Shown here: positions 38,847 through 49,167 of the stretch, piece by piece
Layout: every line of letters starts with the position of its first letter
How positions within the stretch are numbered: the first letter of the stretch is position 1
Assembly: GCA_963828255.1 (NCBI GenBank)
Contig: CAWHDZ010000010.1
Coordinates: 1 to 64,000, forward strand
Direction of reading: 5' to 3'
Length of the DNA stretch: 64,000 nucleotides
Origin: an uncultured delta proteobacterium
GTDB lineage: Bacteria > Myxococcota > Myxococcia > Myxococcales > Anaeromyxobacteraceae
Made by a program: the position numbers and the translations under genes
The notes under the pieces: generated by a model
Told to the model about the DNA's origin: nothing
The model's database searches: none
What the model saw: only the letters and a program-made list of their open reading frames with translations

Positions 38847-38927
38847 ACCCGGTCGGCAGTCCTCGCGCGGCTCCGGCGGACCAGCGTCCGCCGGAGCTTC
38901 GCATTTTCCAGGAGCGAATCGAACGTC

Positions 38928-40037
38928 ATGGGTCTCGCCATCGGAATCGTCGGGCTGCCGAACGTCGGCAAGTCGACCCTCTTCAACGCGCTGCTGGGCC
39001 AGGCACAGGCCCAGGCCGCCAACTACCCGTTCTGCACCATCGACCCCAACGTCGGCGTCGTGCCGGTACCGGACGAGCGGCTGTTCCGGCTCTCCGCCCT
39101 CTTCCACCCGATGAAGACCGTCCCGACCACCCTCGAGTTCGTCGACATCGCCGGCCTCGTGGCCGGCGCGTCGAAGGGGGAGGGTCTCGGAAACCAGTTT
39201 CTCTCCCACATCCGCCAGGTGGACGCCATCGCCCACGTCCTGCGCTGCTTCGCCGATCCGGACGTGGTCCACGTGGGGGGGAAGGTGGACCCACGCGGAG
39301 ACCGGGACGTGGTCGAGACCGAGCTCATGCTGAAGGACCTCGAACAGATCGAGCGGCGGCGCGAGCGGAAGGCCAAGGAGGCCAAGGCGCCGGGCAAGCC
39401 GGGCGAGCTGGCCAAGGCCGAGATCGCCGTGCTCGACCAGGTGAAGGAAGGTCTCGAGAGGGGGACCCCGGTGCGGATGCAGAAGCTCGCGCCGGAGCCG
39501 CTCGCCCTCCTCTCCGACCTCTTCCTGCTCACCGGGAAGCCCGTGCTCTACATCGCCAACGTGGACGAGGACCAGCTCACGCGCGCCGGCGACCCGACGG
39601 TCGCCCAGGTGAAGGCGCTCGCCGACGAGGAGGGGGCACGCTGCGTCGTCATCAGCGGCAAGGTCGAGGCCGAGCTCTCCGAGTTGCCCGCGGCGGAGCG
39701 GCTCGACTTCCTCCACAGCCTGGGGCTCGACCAGCCCGGCCTGAACCGGCTCGTCCGCGCCGGCTACGAGCTGCTCGGCCTCTCCACCTTCTTCACGGTG
39801 GGCGTGGACGAGTGCCGGGCCTGGACCATCCACGACGGCATGACCGCGCCCCAGGCGGCCGGCACCATCCACACCGACTTCGAGCGCGGCTTCATCAAGG
39901 CCGACGTGCAGCGGTGGGAGGACCTCGTCCAGCTGCGGACCGAGGCGGCCGTGAAGGAGAAGGGGCTGCTCCGCATCGAGGGCAAGGAGTACCGGGTGAA
40001 GGACGGCGACGTGATGCATTTCCGCTTCAACGTCTGA
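38928..40037 (+). CDS. ychF: redox-regulated ATPase YchF
   Basis: GLPNVGKSTLFN, ANYPFCTI, DIAGLV.GAS.GEGLGN, IHTDFERGFI, DGDVMHFRFNV. Confidence 0.98.
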   Translation: MGLAIGIVGLPNVGKSTLFNALLGQAQAQAANYPFCTIDPNVGVVPVPDERLFRLSALFHPMKTVPTTLEFVDIAGLVAGASKGEGLGNQFLSHIRQVDAIAHVLRCFADPDVVHVGGKVDPRGDRDVVETELMLKDLEQIERRRERKAKEAKAPGKPGELAKAEIAVLDQVKEGLERGTPVRMQKLAPEPLALLSDLFLLTGKPVLYIANVDEDQLTRAGDPTVAQVKALADEEGARCVVISGKVEAELSELPAAERLDFLHSLGLDQPGLNRLVRAGYELLGLSTFFTVGVDECRAWTIHDGMTAPQAAGTIHTDFERGFIKADVQRWEDLVQLRTEAAVKEKGLLRIEGKEYRVKDGDVMHFRFNV

Positions 40038-40513
40038 GGGGCCTTCGGGCCAGCGGATCGCGCTTCGGGTGCCGCCGGCGGGTGGCCGCCGACGCTGGGC
40101 GCCGCTCCGCGCAGCAGTCCTCGCGGCGCTGGTGTTCGGACGAATGGCGTCGGGGCTCCCCGGGCCGCACGGCCCGGGTCTCGACGCCCGCTGCGGGCAG
40201 CTCGTCGCGGCGCACCGCCGCCGGCTGGCGACAGGCGGGCCCGAAGGCGACGCGGGCGCACTCGCCGCGAGGCGTCGGCGCTCCGCGTCGGGCGCACGGG
40301 TCGAGGCCGCTCGGACGTCCGCCGGGGTGACCGACAGCGACGCTCGCGAATCCCGCCGTCGCGGCGCCGACGCGCCGATCGCAGGCGCCCGGGGTGGCCT
40401 CGGCCGGGGCGCCTCCGCAGCGGACGACGGCGCGCCGCACGCGGATCCCCGCCGCGAGGACCAGCGCCTCCAGCGACGAGGACCACCACGGGCGCCGGCA
40501 CCACGGAAGGGCC
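40038..40513 (+). repeat. copy A of an unannotated ~460-bp structured non-coding repeat (candidate ncRNA or ssDNA element)
   Basis: Shares identical 16-27-nt blocks with 43898-44351; blocks pair at long range. Confidence 0.85.
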
Positions 40514-40661
40514 TCGCCCGCCCGGCCCGCGTCACTCGCCCCGATCGAGGCTGCGACAACGTGACGCGCCGTCACGCTCCGGATGCCGGGTAGCGTGGTC
40601 GGCGCGATCCTCCGCGAGGCGGGGAGGGACACGCCGCGGGATCGCGACAGGGGAGGGGAGC

Positions 40662-42078
40662 ATGCACGCCCGGAGCAGGCAGGGATTGGTTTGTCTCGCG
40701 CTCGGACTCGCGCCGCCGGCTGCCAGCAGAAGGCCAGCCCAACGCCGCCGTCCACGGTGGCGAGCCAGCAGGGGACCGCGGGCGCCGTCGTCGACTACGA
40801 CGGGGACGGGGTGGGCGATCTCCTCGTGGGAGCGCCGTTCGCCGTCGGCGGCGACGGCCTGGGCGCGGTGCTCGTCTACCGCGGCACCGCCACCGGATTC
40901 GAGCCGGAGCCGGCCTGGACCCTGATCGGGGACGACAACTTCGGGTCGCAGGTCACCGCGGTGGGGGACGTCGACGGCGACGGCGCGATCGACTTCGCGG
41001 TGGCGGCCCTCAACGGAAACGGCCCCGAGGCCTCGCTCTCCGGGAGCGTCACCGTCTACCGGGGCGGGTCGACCGGACAGGTGCTCGCCCGGCTGGGCGG
41101 GGAGCAGGCGCTCGACAAGTTCGGCGCCTCGGTCACGGGAGGCTGCGACCTCGACGGCGACGGGCGGCCCGACCTGGTCGTGGGCGCGACCGGGCACTCG
41201 CCGGGGCCGGACCGCTACCTGGGAGGCGCGTACTACGTCTACTTCGGGCCGGACCTGTCCGAGGCACGCCGGGTCAAGATCCCGGCGACGGTCTCCACCG
41301 GGATCCTCGGCTTCGCGTCGGCCTGCGGCGACGTGAACGGCGACGCGGTCGACGACCTCGTGGTGTCCGCCATCTGGACCCACGGCGTGATCTGGCATGC
41401 GTCCAAGGTTCTGGTCTTCTACGGAAAGTCCGGTTTCACGGCCAACCCCGACGCCGCCGACGTCACCGTGAACTCGACGGCGTCCCACTTCGGCGACGCG
41501 CTCGGCGTCCTCGGCGACCTGGACGGCGACGGATTCCGCGAGATCGCGATCGGGGTGCCGTCCTTCTACGCCATCCCGGCTCCCGACGACCACGAACCCC
41601 ATGACCAGCCTCAAGGGTCGCGTCTTTCTCGTGAAGGGCGGCGCGGGGACGCGCACCGTCAACCTGTCGGCTCCCCCGGGAACCCCGATCCCCGCGCTCC
41701 TGACCACCCTGACCGGGACCGACTACCTGGAGCGGTTCGGCATCGACGTTCGCCTCGCTCGGGGACCTCGACGGGGACGGCAAGCCGGACTTCGCGGTGG
41801 GAGCGCCGCACGGTCACGCCGCGGGCGCCACCAGCCTCGACACCGGGTGGGTGAGCGGGCGGGTGTACCTCTTCCTCGGGAAGGACGTGGCCACGACCGG
41901 AGCGGCCACGCCCGCGACCCGGGCCACCCTGCTGAGCCGCCCCGGGAAGACCCTCCACTACGGGTCATTCCTGACGCCGTTCGCGAGATCCGGAGCGCGC
42001 CTCCTCGTGGGAGCACCCACCGCCAACCGGCAGGACGGGACGGTCTTCGTCGAGGAACTCGCGGCGGTGCTGCCGTGA
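40662..42078 (+). CDS. FG-GAP/integrin-alpha-like beta-propeller lipoprotein (about 3 frameshifts)
   Basis: SD GGGAGGGGAG; signal ending AAGC; repeated GD(V/L)DGDG..D..VGA and FG motifs spread over several frames. Confidence 0.8.
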
Positions 42079-42092
42079 GCGGGGGAGGGAAC

Positions 42093-43068
42093 ATGATCGC
42101 AAGGATCGCCGCGACGGCGTTGCTCGTCGGAGGAGTGGCGGCAGCCGCCGGGGCCGTCTGGGACTCGTCCAACTTCACGATGGAAGGGCGGAAGTGGCAG
42201 CCGGCCCCGACGGGGCACGTTCCGGGAAAGGACAACCCGGTCACCGCGATGGACGGCAGCCACCACCCCGGGGACGACTGCGGGATCTGCCACGCTCCGG
42301 CGGCCTCCGAGACCGCGATCTACAAGCCCATCGCGCGCGCCCGGGTCTTCAGCCTGACGGGCACGATCTACGACAGCCGCGCGGCGCGGGCGCCGGTTCC
42401 GGGCGCCGAGCTGGTCGTGCAGGACTACGGCGGCAACGTCATCAGCGTCGCTCGCCAACGACCTCGGGAACTTCTGGACCGAGCAGGCCATGACCGGGGA
42501 TCCGGCCGCGGCGGATCCGGCCACCTCCGACTCCTGGCGGTACAAGGCCTGGGTGAAGGCCGAGGGCGGGGTCCGGCCGATGATGACGATGCCGTCCGTC
42601 GGCGGGATGACCGTGCCGCGCATGAGCTGCAACATGCACCACGTCACCACCGGTACGCTGGGGGGAGCCTGGGCTGCTCCCCGCGGAACCCTGCGCAGCT
42701 ATCCGGCCGCGGGCCTCTCCTACCGCAAGCACGTCTTCCCCATCCTCCGGAGCAAGTGCGCCCCGTGCCACATCCCCGGACCGACCGAGGCGGCGCAGGC
42801 AGGGGAGACCTTCGACTACGGAGCCGGGCTCGACCTTCTCACCTACGGTGGATCGACGGTGGAGGTGCACGACTCCACCGGAGGGGTGACGACCTACGCG
42901 AAGAGGGGAATCGCCACCGTCGTCAACACGGCGCGTCCCTCGGAGAGCCTGCTCTTCGCGAAGACCATCGCCGGAGGAACGCACGGCGGCGGCGCCTTCT
43001 GGGACGAGAGCTCCGCCGACTACCGCGCCCTTCGCCAGTGGATCGGCGAGGGCGCGCTGGACAACTGA
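42093..43068 (+). CDS. exported c-type cytochrome (one frameshift near 42450)
   Basis: Signal peptide; CGICH and CAPCH heme motifs plus CNMHH; planctomycete-cytochrome-like VFPIL..KCAPCH...LDL...WI.EGA. Confidence 0.75.
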
Positions 43069-43886
43069 TGGCGCGTCGTGCGGCCGCACTGGTCCTCGCA
43101 CTGGCCCTGTCCGGCTGCGGGGCCGGCACGACGACCGATCCGGCCGGCACCGGGGGGCCGACCGGGCCATCCGGTCCGACCGGCCACGGCCCGCTCCCTC
43201 GTCGTCGTCGCGGAGGGGAGGGCCGGGCCCTGGACCGTCCGGGTCCAGTCGGACCGCTCCCTGGGAACCGGCCTCGTCGCGCTCGCCATCCGCGTGACCG
43301 GGCCGGAAGGGATCCCGATCACCGACGCGGTGATCTCCTTCGAGGCGCGCCGGCCGACGAGCGGCCTCGTCGCGCCGGTGTCGAACGGGCCCCGGGTCGG
43401 ACGCCGACGGCAGCTACCACATGGACGTCTCCTTCGCCGAGGCCGCCTCCGCCGCCGAAGGATGGGTCTTCCGCATCGAGGTCACGCGGTCCGGCGAGAC
43501 CGCCTCCGTCACGCTCTCCGGCGTCCCCGTCGTCGAACGGAACCTCGCCGGCACGTTCGCCAGCGGCGGACGGCACCATCGTCCTCGCGGTCCGCTTCGA
43601 GTCCGGCCTGCGGATGGGCGGGAACCCGATCACGGTGGCGCTGCACGAGTTCGGGTCGGGTACCGGGGACGCCCAGCCGCTGGGAGACGCGACCCTGCAT
43701 GCGGTGCCGTACATGCCATCGATGGGGCACGGCTCGACCGGGACCGTCGACCCGGTACCCACCGGAACCCCCGGCGTCTATTCCGGATCGCTCTTCTTCT
43801 CGATGGCCGGGGACTGGGAAACCACGTTCGCCGTGGCGCGAGGCGGTGCGGAGATCGGCCGGGTCGCGGTGACGGTCTTCTTCTGA
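43068..43886 (+). CDS. YtkA/FixH-like lipoprotein (about 3 frameshifts)
   Basis: Lipobox LSGC; C-terminal PYMPSMGHG...GVY.G...FSMAGDW. Confidence 0.75.
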   Translation: MARRAAALVLALALSGCGAGTTTDPAGTGGPTGPSGPTGHGPLPRRRRGGEGRALDRPGPVGPLPGNRPRRARHPRDRAGRDPDHRRGDLLRGAPADERPRRAGVERAPGRTPTAATTWTSPSPRPPPPPKDGSSASRSRGPARPPPSRSPASPSSNGTSPARSPAADGTIVLAVRFESGLRMGGNPITVALHEFGSGTGDAQPLGDATLHAVPYMPSMGHGSTGTVDPVPTGTPGVYSGSLFFSMAGDWETTFAVARGGAEIGRVAVTVFF

Positions 43887-43897
43887 GCGGCGTCCGG

Positions 43898-44351
43898 GGG
43901 GCCTTCGACGGCGGGTGAGTGCCGCCGGCGGGTGGGACGCGCTCGCTCCGCGCCGCAGTCCTCGCGGCGCGGTGGACTGCCGGGATGGCGTCGGAGCTCC
44001 CCGGGCCTGACGGCCCGGGTCCGACGCCCGCTGCGGGCAGCTCGTCGCAACGCGCCCCCCGCCGGCTGAATCGCCGGGGCCGAAGGGCTCTCGGACGTTC
44101 TCGCCTGGGGAACCGGCGAGTGCTCGCCGTCCATCCCTCAACGAGCCGACGGCGCGCGAGACGGATGAGCCCGAGCGCCGTGCGCGGGCCGACCGGACGA
44201 CGCCCTCCCTGTCCAGGCGCCCGGGGTGGCCTCGGCGCGGCGGCGCCTCCGCAGCGGCCTCGACGACGTTCACCCAGCGCGAATCCCTCCTGCCGCGAGG
44301 ACCAGCGCCCGGCGACGAGGACCACCCGGGGCGCCGGCATCACGGAAGGGC
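43898..44351 (+). repeat. copy B of the structured non-coding repeat
   Basis: Same conserved blocks in the same order as 40038-40513, with different variable linkers. Confidence 0.85.
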
Positions 44352-44376
44352 ATCGCGCCCGAGGTCCCCGCTCGTC

Positions 44377-45184
44377 CTACTCGATCCACCCAATCTCGCG
44401 GGCCGTCGCCTCGCCGACCCGGAGTTCCTCGAGCGACTCCGGCAGCCGCCCGCGCCCCGGGGCGAGCGGCACCTCTCCCACCATCCACTCGGCATGAAGC
44501 TGGGGGTAAGGGGTACCCGGGCCGGATCGGCAAGGCCGTCCGGCACGCGAGCGTGGCCCCCGGAGTCGTACCGGTCGGTGGCGCCCACGGTATGGAACAG
44601 CTCGTGCCCGATGGTCTGCAGGGAGAGGGAGAGATCCCCGTCGCAGGAGCCGCGCACGAAGGCCACCTCGCCGTTCACGGCGCCGGAGCCCTCGGCGAAT
44701 CCCAGCTGGCCGTCGGACAGGGGCGCGCACAGGAAGAACACCCGCAGGTCGAAGCCGCCCACCGCGCCCCCGGCGGCCCGGTCGATGTCGCGGATGGTCC
44801 TCCAGACCTTCACCGCGTGCCTGGCACGCTCGAGCGGGGAGGCCGCGGGAGGCGAGAAGGGGAGGGCCCCGCTCCAGCCGACCGGCCCGACCACCGAGAT
44901 CCGGAAGCGCCGCCGCCCGGGCCTCGCCAGCGGACCATCTCCGCGTCGATGCGCGCGGCCAGGCCGTCGGCGCCCCGTCGCCAGGTCTCGTCGTCGATCT
45001 CGCCCCCGGGGGAGAGGAGCACGAGCCCCACCTCGAGCGGACGCTGCCAGCTTCCTCGTGACCATCGATGCCAGGATCGGGTCGCTCCCCAGGCGACGGT
45101 GAAGAGCAGGACGCCGAGCAGGAGGCCGATCCGGATGCGCCGGAATGTCCGGCCACGACCCGGAGGCGAAGGGGCGCGCGTCAT
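44377..45184 (-). CDS. membrane-anchored putative zinc metallopeptidase (2 frameshifts)
   Basis: N-terminal [15 protein letters not shown] zincin motif; C-terminus AEWM..E...TAREIGW. Confidence 0.65.
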
Positions 45185-46178
45185 CGGGGCGCTTCGCCCT
45201 CCCGGCGGCGCGCGATCGCGGCGGCGAGACGCAGCGCCGCCCGCATGCTCCGGTCGCTGGCCCGGCCGGTGCCGGCCAGGTCCCAGGCCACGCCATGGTC
45301 GGGGCTGGTGCGCACGAAGGGCAGGCCCAGCGTGACGTTCACCGCGGAGTCGCCGAGCACCGCGTCGAGCAGCTTCACCGGGATGAGCCCCTGGTCGTGG
45401 TAGAGCGCCACCACGGCGTCGAACTCCCCGGCCGCGGCACGGAAGAAGACGCTGTCGGGAGGGAAGGGGCCGTGGGCATCCACGCCGGCCTGCGGGCGCC
45501 TGCCACCGCCGGGACCACGATGCGACCCTCCTCGTCGCCGAAGGCCCCGCCCTCCCCGGAGTGGGGATTGAGGCCGGCGATGGCGATGCGCGGCCGGGCG
45601 ATGCCCAGGTCGCGGCGCAGCCCCTCGGCGGTGATGGTGGCCACCGAGACGATGCGGGCCGGGGTGAGGCGCCGGATCGCCTCCCGCAGCGAGACGTGGT
45701 TCGTCACCAGCGTCACGCGAAGACGGCGCCCGGCCAGCATCATCACGGATCGTGAACCTCCGCCGCGGGCCTCCAGCCACTCGGTGTGCCCGACGAAGCC
45801 CGGGAGCGAGAGCGCCACCTGGGCCTTGGCGAGCGGAGCGGTGCAGAGGGCGCCGGCCAGCCCCTCCGAGAGCGCGGCGAAGGCGGCCTCGAGGTAGGCG
45901 AGCGACGCCGCACCGCCCGCCGGGGAGGGCCCCCGGTCGGCGGTCGGCCGCCGCGAGCCGGGTCACCCGCACCAGCACCCCACCGCGGGGGAGGGGCTCG
46001 CCGGGCTCCAGACCGGCAGCGCCAGCCCGGCCTTGCCGGCCACCCGGGCGAAGGAGGCGTCGCCGAAGAGGATCGGCGCTCCGCGCCGCGCAGCCGGCGA
46101 GCACGGCCGCCGTCACCTCCGGCCCGATGCCGGACGGGTCGCCCAGGCTGACCGCGATGCGAACCGGCTCGCTCGCAC
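45181..46178 (-). CDS. pdxA: 4-hydroxythreonine-4-phosphate dehydrogenase (several frameshifts, start approximate)
   Basis: [48 protein letters not shown]. Confidence 0.9.
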
Positions 46179-46179
46179 G

Positions 46180-47191
46180 TCACTCGGGGCGGGCACAGCC
46201 CGCCGGCGGGGCCTCGAGCTCCGGGATCTTGAGCTCGATGATGGCCTCTCTCTTCAGCTCCTCGATGTACTGCTTGCGGTAGATCTCGCCCTGCTGGCTG
46301 CCGATCCTCTCGCGGATGCGGTCCCGCACCTCCTCGAGCGGAGGGGCACTCGCGGTGCGGCGGTCGTCCGACTTGAGGATGATCCAGCCGGTCTTGGCCC
46401 GGACGAGCCCCGAGTTCTGGCCAGGCGCGAGCGCGAAGGCCACCCGTTCCAGGTCGACGGGCATGGTCCCCTTCTTCACCCAGCCCAGGTCGCCGCCGGA
46501 GGCCGCACCCGGACCCTGCGAAACCTGCCGGGCGAGATCGGCGAAGTCCTCGCCGGCGGCCAGGCGCGCGAGGAGCGCCTCGCCCGCCGCCTTGACCCGG
46601 GCGTCGTCTGGCCGGGGGCGCGCCGGCGGGAACCTGGAGGAGGATGAGGCGCAGCTTGGACTGCGCCTCGCCGGTGAACTCGGAGAGGTGGCTCTGGTAG
46701 TAGCCCTTGACGTCGTCGTCGGTGACCTTCACCCGGTTCTGCACCTTGGCGGCGATGAGCAGGTGGTTCTCGAAGTCCTTGCGAAGCCGGGCCCGGTAGG
46801 CGGTGATGGTCATTCCCTCCGCGGCCAGCGCCTGCTTGAGCACCTCGTCGGAGAGGTTGTTGCGCTTCTTCACGTCCTCGATGGCGCCGTCGATCTGGGC
46901 CTCCGTCACCTCGATGCCGAGCGTCTTGACCTCGTTCTCCACGAGCCGCTCGGCCAGCACCGACTCGTAGGCGCTGCGCAGGGCCCTGGATCGCGCCTGG
47001 TCGTGGGCCGGACCCGGAGGCATGTCCATGGCACGCCGGTACTCGGCGCCGGCGCGCTGGGTCAGCTCGGAGAGGGTGATCACGTCGCCGTTGACGACGG
47101 CGGCGACCCGGTCGACCGGACGCCGGTCGTCGGCGCGGGCCGCCGGCGCGGCGAGGAGCGCGGCGAGGAGGAGGAGGTTCAGGGTCTTCAA
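46180..47191 (-). CDS. surA: SurA-like chaperone/PPIase (frameshift near 46620)
   Basis: VDRVAAVVNGDVITLSEL; F.DLARQVS.GP....GGDLGW; position upstream of pdxA. Confidence 0.8.
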
Positions 47192-48132
47192 GGCTTCACC
47201 GAGGCGACGGCCGTGGGGTCGACGTGGATCTTCGCCTGGGACCGGAGGGCGGCCACGTACTCCTCCTGGGCCCTGGCCCGCCGGTCCCGGAGCAGACGGG
47301 CGATGATGGACGGACGCGCCTGTTCGAGCGTTCGGCGGTCCGGGGGCTTCTTCTCGATCACCTGGAAGACGTGAAAGCCGTACGGAGACGGGACGACATC
47401 GGAGATGGCGTTCGGTTGCATGCGGAAGCAGACGTCGAAGACCTCGGGCATCCCCTGTCCCCGGCCGAACCAGCCCAGGTCGCCGCCCCTCTTGCCCTCG
47501 GGGGCGATGGAGGCGCGGCTGGCCACGGCGGCGAAGGCGGCCGGCTTTCGACGGAGCTCGTCCCGCACGCGGACGGCCTCCTCGCGGGTGTGCAGCACGA
47601 CCTGGCGGGCGTGGACCCGCTCCGGCTCGTCGAACTCGGCCGGGTGGGCGGCGTACCAGGCCAGGACGTCGGCGTCCGCCACCTGGACGCGGGAGAAGAC
47701 CTCGTCCTGGAACAGCTTCTCGATGGCGAGCTGATCGCCGAGACGGGACCGAAGCTCGGCGACCGAGAGCCGTTCCTGGGCCAGCATGTCGTCGAAGGCG
47801 GTTCCCGGATACTCCGACCGGAGCGCCAGGAAGGCGCGGTCGACCTGCTCCGGGGCGATCGCGATGCCCCGCGCCCGGGCCTGCTGGAGGAGGAGTGCGC
47901 GGGCCACGAGGCCGTCGACGACGCTCGTGCGCAGCACGTCGACCTGTCCACCCCCCTCGCCGCCGACCCGGAGCTGCTGCAGCTCCCGATCGAAGGCGGC
48001 CCGGGAGATGGGCTCGCCGTTCACGACCGCCACCGGGGCGGGCCCGGTGCTCTCCCCGCCGCCGGAGCCCGGACGGCAGCCGGCGACGAGGAGGGCGGCG
48101 AGACCCGCGGCGATGGCAGCGGTCGTCCGCAA
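47188..48132 (-). CDS. parvulin-type PPIase lipoprotein
   Basis: TTG start, lipobox VAGC, VAVVNGEPI, GGDLGWF, SPYGFH. Confidence 0.85.
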   Translation of the reverse strand: MRTTAAIAAGLAALLVAGCRPGSGGGESTGPAPVAVVNGEPISRAAFDRELQQLRVGGEGGGQVDVLRTSVVDGLVARALLLQQARARGIAIAPEQVDRAFLALRSEYPGTAFDDMLAQERLSVAELRSRLGDQLAIEKLFQDEVFSRVQVADADVLAWYAAHPAEFDEPERVHARQVVLHTREEAVRVRDELRRKPAAFAAVASRASIAPEGKRGGDLGWFGRGQGMPEVFDVCFRMQPNAISDVVPSPYGFHVFQVIEKKPPDRRTLEQARPSIIARLLRDRRARAQEEYVAALRSQAKIHVDPTAVASVKP

Positions 48133-48133
48133 T

Positions 48134-49167
48134 CTACTTCTGTGCCGGCGCCGGAGCGGGCGCGGCTGCGGGCGGGGGCATCGGAAGGGCCGGGCGGGGC
48201 ATCGCGCCCGGGGGCATTCCCCGCCGGGAGGCATCCCGCCCTGGCCGGGAGGAGGAGGCGCCGCCGAGACCACGATCTTCTCGAGCTCGGCGTCGTTCAC
48301 GGTGACCTTGGCCTCCTCGCGGAGCTTCTTCACGTACTCGTCGAACTCCTTGGTGCGCTTCTCGCGCTGGAGACGCGAGGCGATCTGCGGCCTCACCTGC
48401 TCGACGGTGCGGGAGACCCCCTCCTGCCGGCCGGTGACCCGCACGATCCAGAAGCCCTGCTGCGTCTCGACCAGCACGTCCTCGCCGTCCTTGTTGCCGA
48501 AGGCGACGGCCGCGAAGGGAGCGCCGAACTGCTTCGAGTACTCCTCCTGCGAGCGGAAGCCGAGGTCGCCCCCGTTGCCCTTGGTGGCCGCGTCGTCGGA
48601 CGAGGCGCGGGCCAGGTTCGCGAGGGCCTGCGGATCCTTCTTGCTGGCCGCATTCAGCTGGGCGAGCAGCTTCTTCGCCTGGGCGCTCTTCTGGGCCCGG
48701 TCCTTGTCGGTGGCGGCCACGAGCACCGCCGTCGTGCGCACGCGGGCCGGCTTCACGAAGTCGTCCTTGTGCTCGTCGAAGAACTTCTGGACGTCGGCGT
48801 CGGAGATGTCCTTGGGGTCGCCGTCGCCGAACCGCTTCTGGACCAGCTTCTGGACCATGGCCTTCTTCAGGGTCAGCTGGACGTCGGGGTCGTTGGCGTA
48901 CCCCTCCTTCTGGGCGGCGTTGGCCAGGATCTCGAACTTGACGAGGCTGTCGAGGAACTCCTTCTTGCGCTCCAGGTTCTGGTACCGCTGGCGGAGGAAC
49001 GGGGACTGCTCGTTCAGGCGGGCCTCGAACTCGGCGACGGTGACGACGACGCCCTCGCCCTGGGCGACGGCGGGACCGCTCTTCTGCTGGCCGGCGGGAG
49101 GGGTGGGCTTGCAGCCGGAAATGGCGAGGGCAACCGCGAATCCGGTCGCGACGAGTACACGCGTCAT
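48134..49167 (-). CDS. parvulin-type PPIase lipoprotein (frameshift near 48215)
   Basis: Lipobox ISGC, SDD.ATK..GGDLGF, ETQQGFWIV; Pro/Met-rich tail ends PAQK-TAG in the alternative frame. Confidence 0.85.

Noticed and set aside
40038..40513. RNase P RNA, tmRNA or group I/II intron identity for the repeat
   Set aside because: No GAGGAAAGUCC/ACAGAA RNase P boxes, no tRNA-like ends and no recognisable domain V or P7 consensus; helix order differs from group I introns. A covariance-model search is still needed.
40069..40593. Paralogous ORFs MPPAGG... at 40069 and 43919
   Set aside because: The similarity is at DNA level, frames shift between copies, and the products are Arg/Pro-rich shadow translations of the structured repeat.
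47188..49167. Apparent double-PPIase fusion
   Set aside because: The second half has its own signal peptide and lipobox; the alternative frame supplies a stop at 48134.
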